Notes under the pieces: generated by a model
The model's database searches: none
Seen by the model: the letters and a program-made list of their open reading frames with translations, nothing else
Told to the model about the DNA's origin: nothing
DNA from: Macrostomum lignano
Taxonomy: Eukaryota
Direction of reading: 5' to 3'
DNA length: 61,303 nt
NCBI GenBank assembly: GCA_002269645.1
Contig: NIVC01003538.1
Location: forward strand, 1-61,303
In this document: one piece after another, positions 1-11,339 of the stretch
Position numbering within the stretch: the first letter of the stretch is position 1
How the letters are laid out: every line of letters starts with the position of its first letter
Made by a program: the position numbers and the translations under genes

Positions 1-3000
1 GCTAGCCAGGAGCGTCTGCCTCATCCAGCAGGGCAACACCCTACCAGTTCACTTCGCGAATGTCACGGACTCCGAGCTGCGGCTGCGGAAGGGAGCTGTC
101 ATCGGCTGGTTTCGACCATCAGATCCGGCTCAAGAGGTTCTGGTAGCCAGCATCGAAGAGCAAGCGTCGGTTTTACGACCCAGCTGCGATCCATGGGACC
201 CAGAGGCGGCACTGAACCAGCACGGCTCCAAGCAGCTCACGGGGCAGACAAAGCGAGTTTCCTAAGATTGGTGAATCGATACGCAGATGTTTTCGCAGAG
301 AGTACAGCGCGCCTCGGGACGACGGACATCGTGCAGCATGAAATTGAGACCACCGGAACAGCCGTAAAACAGCCTCCGCGACGGCTACCGCCACATTGGC
401 GCGGCGAAGTCGACCGACAAATCGACGAGCTTTTGGCAACGAAGATGATTGAACCGACCCAATCGCCGTGGAGTTCGCCAGTGGTCTGTGTCCGTAAGAG
501 AATGGGGAACTGCGACTGTGTGTCGACTACAGAGAGTTGAATCAACGAACTGTCAAGGACGCCATAGCAATCCCGCGTGTCGATGACGCACTTGAAGCGC
601 TCGGAGGTGCGGCTGTATTTTCGACGCTCGACCTTTGCTCCGGCTATTGGCAAGTTAAGGTCAAAAGGGAGGATCAAGAAAAGACTGCTTTTGTCATTCC
701 GCATCGGGGGCAATTCGCGTTCAAGGTGCTGCCCTTCGGATTGACCAATGCGCCGGCGACATTCACAAGGTTGATGAATATGGTACTACACGACCTTCTG
801 TGGAAAATGGCGCTCGTCTACATCGACGATATCATCATTTGGTCCCGAACTGTCAGCGAGCATCTAACGAATCTCGAGGCGGTATTCCAGCGCCTGCGCG
901 CAGCCAACTTGAGGCTAAAGCCATCTAAGTGCAGATTCCTGGCCGATGAGGTCAAATTCCTTGGCCACGTCGTGTCAAAGGACGGAATCGATGTCGACCC
1001 GGAGAAGATCAAGGAAGTCCGTGACTGGAGCATTCCAAGAAATGCAAAAGACCTTCAGTCGTTCCTGGGTCTGGCTGGTTACTACCGAAACTTCATACCA
1101 GAATTCTCGATAGTCGCTGCACCACTTTTTGATCTGACAAAGAAAGACAAGCCGTTCAGTTGGAGAGAGGAACACGATGAGGCCTTCAAAAAGCTGAAAG
1201 AAGAATTGACCGGTTGCCGCGTGATGGCCTACCCGAACTTCGACCCCACGGCTGGTGAGTTCATCTTGGATACCGATGGAAGTACCCGACAGGGTCTCGG
1301 AGCAGTCTTGTCGCAGGTACAAGAAGACGGGTCAGAGCGGGTTATTGCGTACGGGAGTCGGCGTCTGCAAGGGGCCGAATTCAACTATTGCACGACACGA
1401 ATCGAGCTCCTGGCGCTGGTGACATTCGCAGAGAGGTTCCGGTACTATCTACTTGGCCGGAGGTTCCGGGTGCGCACCGACCACGCAAGTCTGCAGTGGC
1501 TCCGAAGTATGAGGCAGCCGGAAGGCCAGTTGGCTCGGTGGATGGAGAGGTTGGCGCCATTCGACTTCGCAGTGGAGCATCGGCCAGGGGCGCGTCATCA
1601 GAATGCGGACGCGCTGTCACGCAAGCCGCCGCGACGACATCCCGAAATGGATAACTGCCCGTCGTGCCGGACTGATGACCTCCCGGGGTCAGGGTAACGA
1701 CGCTGCTCGGGTTGCTCAGCCGAGATGAGCTGGCAGCAGCACAAGCTGTGGACAACGACATCGCTCCAGTTTACCAGTCGATGCACGCCGGCCGAGCAAA
1801 CAGAGCCACCTCGGGGTGCGTCACCAACGACCCGAGCCATCTGGGCACAAAAGCCTCGGCTGGAAATTGTGGACAACACCCTCGTCATCAAGGATCTGGG
1901 ACGTCACCCACCGCGGGCTGTTCTCCCGAAGAAATTGATCCCCGACGCTCTGCAGACGCTGCACTCTGGACCAGGAGGTGGACACTTCGGCGTAGCAAAG
2001 ACTCTGGAGAAAGTCAGGAACCGATTCTGGAGACCCGGCTTGAAGCGAGAGGTCGAGGAGTTTGTGCGAAGGTGTGACGACTGTAACCGGAGCAAGCCCG
2101 GGATGCGGCGGAAGGCCCCATTGGAGCCGATTCCCAGCAGCCATGTGTTTGAAAGAGTGATGGTGGATTTGATTGGACCACTGCCAACCAGCGTCCGAGG
2201 CAACAAATACATACTGACGATGCAGGACGCGTTCAGTAAGTGGCCAGTGGCAGTACCGGTGCCAGATCAGACGGCCAGCACCTGTGCAAGGGCAATGCTC
2301 GAGGAGTGGGTCTGTCACTACGGAGCCCCAGGAACAATCCACTCGGATCAGGGAGCCAATTTCGAGTCGCAATTGATCGGCCAGCTGTGCGAAAGTCTGA
2401 ATATCCGAAAGACGCGTACGACCGCCTATCACCCCTCTGGAAACGGCCAAGTGGAAAGCTTCAATAAGACGCTGACTGCAGTGATCCGGGCGCACCTGGT
2501 GAAGGAGCCGGATCAGAGGCGGTGGGACGAATTCGTTGCCCCGGCGCTCATGGCGTATCGCTCCAGTGTGCACCGCGGCACCGGCTACTCACCCTTCTTC
2601 CTTCTGCATGGTCGCGAGATGTCTCTGCCAGTTGACTTGGGAGTGGCGCGCCCACTGGACATCGAACCGTACTGCGAGGAAGTCCAGAACCTGCGGGAGA
2701 CGCTCGTGGAAGCCCATCGGGTGGTGCGTGAGAGAATAACGTCATATCAACGAGTGCAGAAAGACTGGTACGACCGGAAGGTGAAGGGTCGAGAATTCGT
2801 GGCTGGCGACGAGGTGTTCGTCTACAACCCCGTGTTGAAGGCCGGTGCCAAAGCGAAGCTCCACTCACCCTGGACCGGACCTGCCGTAGTTCTCGAGAAG
2901 CTGTCGGAGACGCGCTATAGGATTCGACAGGAAGGTCGACGGAAGCCGATCAAGGTGGTGCACTTTAACAACCTCCTGCCTCGGTACCGGAAGTACCCGG

Positions 3001-3281
3001 TCGACGGCACCGGTGGCCCTCGGCGTCCTGCACCAAGGAGGTACCACCCAGGTCCTGCTCAAGAGACGGAATCCGTCAGGGAGGACTCGCAGGAATCGGA
3101 CGATGAGGATGAGGAGCGATGGTGGCGACATTCCGGGCGGGTTCGAGAGGAGGGAGAACCAATGGATGTGCAGCAGCCAGGAGTGCAGCCGCAGCCGGAA
3201 GCGCCAGTTGAAGTCATCGAAGGTCGACCCCAGAGGGATCGAAGGGTTCCGCAGCGTTATGGAACGCCCGTTTATTATTAA
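1..3281 (+). CDS. pol: Gypsy pol (partial; RT, RNase H, integrase), copy A, with small indels relative to copy B at ~500, ~1683 and ~1800
   Basis: ORFs 193-540, 537-1697 and 1725-3281 join into RT (YIDD), RNase H (LDTDGS) and integrase (H..H..CDDC zinc finger, DLIGP, SDQG, VESFNKT); near-identical to 7880-11164. Confidence 0.9.
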
Positions 3282-3312
3282 GAGCGCGGCGGATCTCCTG
3301 CGTGCGCAATGT

Positions 3313-3460
3313 CGCGTCATCACCTGCGTCATCAACATTTGGTTCGAAGCATCATCCGCGTCATCACCTGCGTCATCAACATTTGGTTCGAAGCATCATC
3401 CGCGTCATCACCTGCGTCATCAACATTTGGTTCGAAGCATCGTCTGCGTCATCACCCGCG
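3313..3460 (+). repeat. 44-bp tandem repeat (3 units plus a partial) between pol and ORF3, copy A
   Basis: Unit CGCGTCATCACCTGCGTCATCAACATTTGGTTCGAAGCATCATC. Confidence 0.9.
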
Positions 3461-3662
3461 TTATTGAAAACTGGGCTCGTGTTATTGCCTCTGCTTCACA
3501 AACAAAAATATATATTTCCCCTCTTAAGGCCCGTCAGTGGAGGTCCCACCTGCCCAACCCTGCCATCAGGGATGAAGGATCGGCGCCCCAAAGAGGCTCG
3601 AAGGAACCATTGCCCTGCTCTCAAAAGTGAGTCGTGGTTGTTGCAGGCACTGCTTTCCGGGC

Positions 3663-4543
3663 ATGGACCTCTACGCCGAGTTTGGTGTCAGCCCCTTCGC
3701 GACGGAGGAGGAGCTGCGACGTGCGTACCGCCGTGAGAGCCTGCGACGGCACCCCGACAAGTGTGGACCCGGTGGAACGGAGAATTTCCAGAGGCTGCAG
3801 CATGCGAGTGCGGTCCTGCTGTGTCCGTTTCGACGAGCGCTGTACGACCGGTTCGGGCAGGATGCCGTTAGCAACCCGCTCGAGTGCGCCCGGTATTTTG
3901 TCCCGCCGGATGGGATGTGCGTCCCGGAGGAGTTTGTCGTAACGATTGAAGACGAAACAGAAGAGTCAGACGAGGACAGGGAGTCGGAGGAAGCGAGCGT
4001 GGTGGTTGCGGCGGCGAGGAGACTGCTCAGAGCTGCTGTGAAATCACGCAGTCAGAGGAAGAAGAGCTCTTGAATGAATTCGACGGCGAAACTTCGATGT
4101 CAGAAGACGAACCGGAGCTCGTCATCGACCAACGGGAGTCGCCAGCGTGGCTGATGAGGAGCGAGCCGAGTACCGAGGTGGAATACACCTGGAGCGGGGA
4201 GGCAACGCAGCGAAGAGCTCGAATCCGGTCGGAGCTTCGGCACGCTTTGTTGTCGGGGAGTCCAGCTGCGATGTTCCGGCTTTTGACTGAAATGGTGGGA
4301 CTGTGCGGCAGCGAGCGGCTGGATCATCGACGCGAAATCGCCGAGCTTTTGGCTCAGACTGTCAAGTTCATTCTCCGTGACATCAGCGCCAAGTGTCGGG
4401 GTCATGCTCGGCGTGTCTGGCGGCGGCCTGCCTTCAAGCGAAGCACTCGGTTCGTCATGAGTGTTGCGATCCCTCAGTTTGAACTAATCGACGGAGGACG
4501 CGTGTTGGGGTTGTTGCGCCGGGCGGCGGAGGTGGCGGTCTAG
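3663..4543 (+). CDS. Retrotransposon ORF3: J-domain (DnaJ/Hsp40-like) protein, copy A; HPD intact, split by a 1-bp difference at ~3986
   Basis: ATG 3663: MDLYAEFGVSPFATEEELRRAYRRESLRRHPDKCGPGGTENFQRLQHASAVLLCPFRRALYDRFG follows the J-domain consensus (helix I DxY..LGV, helix II ELRRAYR, HPDK loop, helix III, terminal YD..G). Confidence 0.85.
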
Positions 4544-4674
4544 GGGGTTCTGGGGCAGAATGCCAGGGCGGGCAAGAGACCTTCACTCCTTCATTTCATC
4601 CCATCTCTCCTCTGATCGTCGTTGTGATCCCTCTGTTTGGCACTGGGAGCGGCCCGAAGGAAGGGCGGGGAACA

Positions 4675-5150
4675 CTCTCGGCCATGCCCGACGCTCTCGG
4701 TCGTTGCCCGGCATTCTCGGCCGCTGCCCGGCATTCTCGGCCGCTGTCCGGCACTCTCGGCCATGCCCGGCGTTCTCGGTCGCTGCCCGGCATTCTCGGC
4801 CGCTGCCCGGCATTCTCGGCCGCTGTCCGGCACTCTCGGCCATGCCCGGCGTTCTCGGTCGCTGCCCGGCATTCTCGGCCGCTGCCCGGCATTCTCGGCC
4901 GCTGTCCGGCACTCTCGGCCATGCCGGCGTTCTCGGTCGCTGCCCGGCATTCTCGGCCGCTGCCCGGCATTCTCGGCCGCTGTCCGGCATTCTCGGCCAT
5001 GCCGGCGTTTTCGGCCACAGTCCGGCATTCTCGGCCGTGCCCGGTGTTCTCGGCCATGCCCGGCGTTTTCGGCCACAGTCCGGCATTCTCGGCCGTGCCC
5101 GGTGTTCTCGGCCTGTCCGACATCCTCGCCCTGTCCTGCGCTCTCGGCCG
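4675..5150 (+). repeat. GC/CpG-rich ~20-bp minisatellite with a ~79-bp higher-order period, in the element 3' UTR (copy A)
   Basis: Subunits such as CGGCATTCTCGGCCGCTGCC; lacks stop codons, hence the many spurious ORFs. Confidence 0.9.
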
Positions 5151-5244
5151 CTGCCTGACACTCTTGGTCTCTTTCATTCAGTTTCATTTCATTACATTTT
5201 TTTTTCATTTTCATTCAGTCAAAGCGCGTCGTTTTCTTTTTTTT

Positions 5245-5254
5245 AGGGGGAGGG
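5245..5254 (+). other. Polypurine tract (copy A)
   Basis: AGGGGGAGGG directly before the LTR start TGTTGT, preceded by a T-tract. Confidence 0.85.
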
Positions 5255-6218
5255 TGTTGTGACCTGTGTCACAGTGCTCCCTGGTGCAAGTGCACTTTGA
5301 TAGTTGTTGACTTTGGTAGTTGATTATTGTTACCCCCCCCCCCCCCGGCTCAAGCCAGTCTGGAGCTATGAGCCCTTTGGCTGAGCCTCTGCTCTCTTTC
5401 TCTCTCTCTCTCGCCTTGGCTGTTTAGCCCTTTGGCTAGCCGTGCTGATTGGCTGGGCCTCTGCTCTCTCTCCCTCTCCCTGGCCGTGCGCGCTTCCACC
5501 CTCCCCTCGCCGCAGCCAATCAGCTGTCAATCAGCTCCATTGTTTAAGCCCTTTCTCCCCCCCTTGTTTGCGCCCCTGCCCCTTTTTACTCGTTATTTAA
5601 GGCGACGCTCAGACCCCGCCCCTTTTCTCACCGTGCCTGCGCCCATTTGCGCCCACCGCGATAAATAAACGAACGTGACCAGCGATCAGCCGTAAAGACG
5701 GTCTCTTACTGCGAAGACTCAATTTATTGCAATCGATCGGCCTTCCCGTGTATGAGTGCTATAATCGACCCGGCCCGGTAAGCTGTCGAGACAATTGCCT
5801 GTGTTCCTCGGGGTCGCTCTCCTGATCTCTCTCTCTCTCACTCTCTCCTCAGTCTGACTCACCAGGCTGTCGAGTGGCCGACCGCCCGCAGCCCTCTCTC
5901 TCTTCCTTGACTCACCAGGCTGTCGAGTGGCCGCCCGCCCACAGCCCTCTCTCTTTTCCTTGATCACCAGGCTGTCGAGTGGCCGACCGCCCGCAGCCCT
6001 CTCTCTCTTCCTTGACTCACCAGGCTGTCGAGTGGCCGCCCGCCCACAGCCGCCCCTCCCCTCTCTCTCGACTTCTCAACCTTGACCTCCCCCGAAGTGT
6101 CCGTACGCCTCGGGGTCGCCGATCGAGCTCGTAAGCCCTGGGCAGTCTAGTACCCGAACCCCGACACCGCTACCCGTCGCCCAACCCGGCCGTGCCAGCG
6201 AGGAAGGGGGATACAACA
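5255..6218 (+). repeat. Gypsy LTR shared by copies A and B (964 bp)
   Basis: TGTTGT...ACAACA inverted termini; near-identical to 13141-14102; CCAAT boxes, TATTTAA ~5593, AATAAA 5664, four ~53-bp internal repeats at 5856-6052. Confidence 0.95.
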
Positions 6219-6219
6219 T

Positions 6220-6237
6220 TGGCGCCCGAACAGGGAC
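6220..6237 (+). other. Primer binding site complementary to the 3' 18 nt of tRNA-Lys(UUU)
   Basis: TGGCGCCCGAACAGGGAC, 1 nt after the LTR end; same 18-mer as the tRNA-Lys3 PBS of HIV-1. Confidence 0.9.
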
Positions 6238-6261
6238 TGCTCAGTTTGCTTGTGAGCTGTC

Positions 6262-7242
6262 ATGGCGAATGTGGACGAACTGATTCGGCTGCTAGCCGAG
6301 CGTCTGCGAGCGGATGGACCAGCCCAGCCACCGAGACTCCCGAAGCCCGTGAAGTACACGTCAAGCATGAATTTTCGACTCTGGCTGCGCTCTTTCAACG
6401 CTTATTGCGACTCCGCCGAGATTGACGAGGAGCATCGCCGCGAGCACTTGATGAGCATGCTGGATCTCGCTACGGCGTACGCTGCGGTCGATAATCTGAA
6501 CCTGCCGGGACCCGACGATCCTGTGGATCCGCTGGACTACGAGGGATTCACCGCCCGGTTGGAGGCTCGCTTCTCCCGGTACCGGACAGAGCAGGACAGC
6601 AAGGTCGAGCTAAAAACCCGAGATCAGAAGGATGGCGAGTCGTTGGAGGCCTACGCAGATGCTCTCCTTGAACTGGTGCGCTGTGCCTACCCGGCGGCAA
6701 CTGCCGAGCTGCAGGACGACCTCGCGAAGGATCGCTTCATGCAAGGGGTGAGACTCTCCGACCTCCAGCGAGAGAAGCTCTACCTGCAGCAGCCCGAAGG
6801 TCTGGTGGCAGCACAACGCGCGGTGAGGCAGCTCGAGGCGGCGTCCAAGGCGGCGAAGGGACCGAGATCGGCTGGAGCAACTGGCAGCGGCCACCGAGGA
6901 GTCTTCGTGGTGAGCGGCGCGGCGGAATCTGTGCCTCGGGAGGATGGAGCCTACTCCCAAGAAAAGGACAAAGAGCTCGAGGAGTTGAAGAAACTGGTGA
7001 GGCAGCTTCAAGGCAAAGTGGTTCAGCTCGAGTCGCTGAGAGCGGAACCGCATAGCAGCGCCGCAGCTCGACCGACCGACTCCGACGAAGGCGACCATCA
7101 GAAGCCTCGACGAACGGGAGGAATTCGCTGCTTCTTCTGCAACAAGCCAGGGCACATCGCGACTAACTGCCCAACCCGTCAGCAACAGGGAAACGGCAAG
7201 GGGAACTTCCGCAGGGGCGAGGGAGTTCCGCCGAGACAGTAG
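6262..7242 (+). CDS. gag: Gypsy Gag (326 aa) with a CCHC zinc knuckle
   Basis: Intact ORF right after the PBS; CFFCNKPGHIATNC knuckle; capsid-like region (QKDGESLEAYADALLELVRCAYP). Confidence 0.92.
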   Translation: MANVDELIRLLAERLRADGPAQPPRLPKPVKYTSSMNFRLWLRSFNAYCDSAEIDEEHRREHLMSMLDLATAYAAVDNLNLPGPDDPVDPLDYEGFTARLEARFSRYRTEQDSKVELKTRDQKDGESLEAYADALLELVRCAYPAATAELQDDLAKDRFMQGVRLSDLQREKLYLQQPEGLVAAQRAVRQLEAASKAAKGPRSAGATGSGHRGVFVVSGAAESVPREDGAYSQEKDKELEELKKLVRQLQGKVVQLESLRAEPHSSAAARPTDSDEGDHQKPRRTGGIRCFFCNKPGHIATNCPTRQQQGNGKGNFRRGEGVPPRQ

Positions 7243-7249
7243 AGGCCCC
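7188..7249 (+). promoter_or_regulatory. -1 programmed ribosomal frameshift signal (slippery heptamer plus putative H-type pseudoknot)
   Basis: G GGA AAC at 7188-7194 in Gag phase; pol frame is -1 and open from 7167; stem 1 7202-7210/7221-7229; stem 2 GGGGC 7214-7218/GCCCC 7245-7249. Confidence 0.75.
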
Positions 7250-10200
7250 AACCCGAGACGAAGATGCAGCCCCGGAGCGACGTGCAGCAGGATGTCCGGC
7301 GGACTGCTCAAGAGATAGAGATCAACCTGCAACAGCTTTTAATCCCGTGTCAATCTACGTGTCGGTAAAAATTGGCGAGATTGAGTTGCCGTGTCTGTTG
7401 GATTCGGGCTCGGTCATGTCGCTGGTGAACGAGAGGACCTGGCGGCAGTTGAGCAAGTCGGTTCGAGTTGAACTCAGCCCTTCGGAAACCCACCTGATCT
7501 CAGCGAACGGAACTCCCATGAATGTGTTAGGATGCGCGTCGCTTCCCCTACAGTTCGGATCAGAAACTTTACAGACGCCAATTGCGGTGGTCCAAGGGGT
7601 CGGCTACGAACTGTTGCTAGGCACCGACTTCTTACGCCGCCACCGGTGCCAAATCGATTTCGCCGGAGGAGTTTTCCGCGTGAACGGTTCACGTGTGCCA
7701 ATCCGAGAGACCAAGCACAAACCAGTCGTCTGCCGGTTGTACCTGAACGAAAACTTGATCATTCCGGCCAATCACGAACGGACCGTCTCAGCCAGGATTC
7801 GGAGAACAGCGACACAGAATTCCGGAGTGCTCGGCGTCGCCGAGCCAGACGAAAAACTGAAGAGCGATGAGAGACCAATGCTAGCCAGGAGCGTCTGCCT
7901 CATCCAGCAGGGCAACACCCTACCAGTTCACTTCGCGAATGTCACGGACTCCGAGCTGCGGCTGCGGAAGGGAGCTGTCATCGGCTGGTTTCGACCATCA
8001 GATCCGGCTCAAGAGGTTCTGGTAGCCAGCATCGAAGAGCAAGCGTCGGTTTTACGACCCAGCTGCGATCCATGGGACCCAGAGGCGGCACTGAACCAGC
8101 ACGGCTCCAAGCAGCTCACGGGGGCAGACAAAGCGAGTTTCCTAAGATTGGTGAATCGATACGCAGATGTTTTCGCAGAGAGTACAGCGCGCCTCGGGAC
8201 GACGGACATCGTGCAGCATGAAATTGAGACCACCGGAACAGCCGTAAAACAGCCTCCGCGACGGCTACCGCCACATTGGCGCGGCGAAGTCGACCGACAA
8301 ATCGACGAGCTTTTGGCAACGAAGATGATTGAACCGACCCAATCGCCGTGGAGTTCGCCAGTGGTCTGTGTCCGTAAGAAGAATGGGGAACTGCGACTGT
8401 GTGTCGACTACAGAGAGTTGAATCAACGAACTGTCAAGGACGCCATAGCAATCCCGCGTGTCGATGACGCACTTGAAGCGCTCGGAGGTGCGGCTGTATT
8501 TTCGACGCTCGACCTTGCTCCGGCTATTGGCAAGTTAAGGTCAAAAGGGAGGATCAAGAAAAGACTGCTTTTGTCATTCCGCATCGGGGGCAATTCGCGT
8601 TCAAGGTGCTGCCCTTCGGATTGACCAATGCGCCGGCGACATTCACAAGGTTGATGAATATGGTACTACACGACCTTCTGTGGAAAATGGCGCTCGTCTA
8701 CATCGACGATATCATCATTTGGTCCCGAACTGTCAGCGAGCATCTAACGAATCTCGAGGCGGTATTCCAGCGCCTGCGCGCAGCCAACTTGAGGCTAAAG
8801 CCATCTAAGTGCAGATTCCTGGCCGATGAGGTCAAATTCCTTGGCCACGTCGTGTCAAAGGACGGAATCGATGTCGACCCGGAGAAGATCAAGGAAGTCC
8901 GTGACTGGAGCATTCCAAGAAATGCAAAAGACCTTCAGTCGTTCCTGGGTCTGGCTGGTTACTACCGAAACTTCATACCAGAATTCTCGATAGTCGCTGC
9001 ACCACTTTTTGATCTGACAAAGAAAGACAAGCCGTTCAGTTGGAGAGAGGAACACGATGAGGCCTTCAAAAAGCTGAAAGAAGAATTGACCGGTTGCCGC
9101 GTGATGGCCTACCCGAACTTCGACCCCACGGCTGGTGAGTTCATCTTGGATACCGATGGAAGTACCCGACAGGGTCTCGGAGCAGTCTTGTCGCAGGTAC
9201 AAGAAGACGGGTCAGAGCGGGTTATTGCGTACGGGAGTCGGCGTCTGCAAGGGGCCGAATTCAACTATTGCACGACACGAATCGAGCTCCTGGCGCTGGT
9301 GACATTCGCAGAGAGGTTCCGGTACTATCTACTTGGCCGGAGGTTCCGGGTGCGCACCGACCACGCAAGTCTGCAGTGGCTCCGAAGTATGAGGCAGCCG
9401 GAAGGCCAGTTGGCTCGGTGGATGGAGAGGTTGGCGCCATTCGACTTCGCAGTGGAGCATCGGCCAGGGGCGCGTCATCAGAATGCGGACGCGCTGTCAC
9501 GCAAGCCGCCGCGACGACATCCCGAAATGGATAACTGCCCGTCGTGCCGGACTGATGACCTCCCCGGGGTCAGGGTAACGACGCTGCTCGGGTTGCTCAG
9601 CCGAGATGAGCTGGCAGCAGCACAAGCTGTGGACAACGACATCGCTCCAGTTTACCAGTCGATGCACGCCGGCCGAGCAAACGAAGAGCCACCTCGGGGT
9701 GCGTCACCAACGACCCGAGCCATCTGGGCACAAAAGCCTCGGCTGGAAATTGTGGACAACACCCTCGTCATCAAGGATCTGGGACGTCACCCACCGCGGG
9801 CTGTTCTCCCGAAGAAATTGATCCCCGACGCTCTGCAGACGCTGCACTCTGGACCAGGAGGTGGACACTTCGGCGTAGCAAAGACTCTGGAGAAAGTCAG
9901 GAACCGATTCTGGAGACCCGGCTTGAAGCGAGAGGTCGAGGAGTTTGTGCGAAGGTGTGACGACTGTAACCGGAGCAAGCCCGGGATGCGGCGGAAGGCC
10001 CCATTGGAGCCGATTCCCAGCAGCCATGTGTTTGAAAGAGTGATGGTGGATTTGATTGGACCACTGCCAACCAGCGTCCGAGGCAACAAATACATACTGA
10101 CGATGCAGGACGCGTTCAGTAAGTGGCCAGTGGCAGTACCGGTGCCAGATCAGACGGCCAGCACCTGTGCAAGGGCAATGCTCGAGGAGTGGGTCTGTCA

Positions 10201-11164
10201 CTACGGAGCCCCAGGAACAATCCACTCGGATCAGGGAGCCAATTTCGAGTCGCAATTGATCGGCCAGCTGTGCGAAAGTCTGAATATCCGAAAGACGCGT
10301 ACGACCGCCTATCACCCCTCTGGAAACGGCCAAGTGGAAAGCTTCAATAAGACGCTGACTGCAGTGATCCGGGCGCACCTGGTGAAGGAGCCGGATCAGA
10401 GGCGGTGGGACGAATTCGTTGCCCCGGCGCTCATGGCGTATCGCTCCAGTGTGCACCGCGGCACCGGCTACTCACCCTTCTTCCTTCTGCATGGTCGCGA
10501 GATGTCTCTGCCAGTTGACTTGGGAGTGGCGCGCCCACTGGACATCGAACCGTACTGCGAGGAAGTCCAGAACCTGCGGGAGACGCTCGTGGAAGCCCAT
10601 CGGGTGGTGCGTGAGAGAATAACGTCATATCAACGAGTGCAGAAAGACTGGTACGACCGGAAGGTGAAGGGTCGAGAATTCGTGGCTGGCGACGAGGTGT
10701 TCGTCTACAACCCCGTGTTGAAGGCCGGTGCCAAAGCGAAGCTCCACTCACCCTGGACCGGACCTGCCGTAGTTCTCGAGAAGCTGTCGGAGACGCGCTA
10801 TAGGATTCGACAGGAAGGTCGACGGAAGCCGATCAAGGTGGTGCACTTTAACAACCTCCTGCCTCGGTACCGGAAGTACCCGGTCGACGGCACCGGTGGC
10901 CCTCGGCGTCCTGCACCAAGGAGGTACCACCCAGGTCCTGCTCAAGAGACGGAATCCGTCAGGGAGGACTCGCAGGAATCGGACGATGAGGATGAGGAGC
11001 GATGGTGGCGACATTCCGGGCGGGTTCGAGAGGAGGGAGAACCAATGGATGTGCAGCAGCCAGGAGTGCAGCCGCAGCCGGAAGCGCCAGTTGAAGTCAT
11101 CGAAGGTCGACCCCAGAGGGATCGAAGGGTTCCGCAGCGTTATGGAACGCCCGTTTATTATTAA
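7188..11164 (+). CDS. pol: Gypsy pol (protease, RT, RNase H, integrase), copy B, with one 1-bp deletion relative to copy A at ~8515
   Basis: Protease LLDSGS, RT YIDD, RNase H, HHCC/DDE integrase and WTGP motif; ORFs 7347-8624 and 8606-11164 join if the T present in copy A (GACCTTTGC) is restored. Confidence 0.93.
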
Positions 11165-11191
11165 GAGCGGGCGTGAGTGCGTGCGCAATGT

Positions 11192-11339
11192 CGCGTCATC
11201 ACCTGCGTCATCAACATTTGGTTCGAAGCATCATCCGCGTCATCACCTGCGTCATCAACATTTGGTTCGAAGCATCATCCGCGTCATCACCTGCGTCATC
11301 AACATTTGGTTCGAAGCATCGTCTGCGTCATCACCCGCG
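11192..11339 (+). repeat. 44-bp tandem repeat, copy B
   Basis: Same unit as 3313-3460. Confidence 0.9.

Larger units (their letters stand above)
1..6218 (+). mobile_element. Ty3/Gypsy LTR retrotransposon, tandem copy A (5' part outside the window; ends in the LTR shared with copy B)
   Basis: Position 1 matches copy B position ~7880; RT-RNaseH-integrase coding sequence, extra J-domain ORF, PPT 5245-5254, LTR 5255-6218. Confidence 0.95.

Noticed and set aside
237-3338. Antisense and alternate-frame ORFs over Gypsy gag/pol (e.g. 1821-2573, 6610-7332, 9704-10456)
   Set aside because: Shadow ORFs of GC-rich coding sequence with no recognisable motifs.
3627-3662. Upstream GTG start MSRGCCRHCFPG given by the ORF track (also at 11506)
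   Set aside because: Non-ATG start; the first ATG coincides with J-domain helix I and is the simpler start.
3663-4073. T-antigen-like J-domain plus LxCxE Rb-binding motif in ORF3
   Set aside because: An acidic tract follows the J-domain but there is no LxCxE (nearest are LECAR and QSCCE).
4560-5262. Six overlapping 170-230-aa ORFs on both strands (also at 12440-13210)
   Set aside because: They come from a stop-free GC-rich minisatellite; the translations are repetitive and have no domain.
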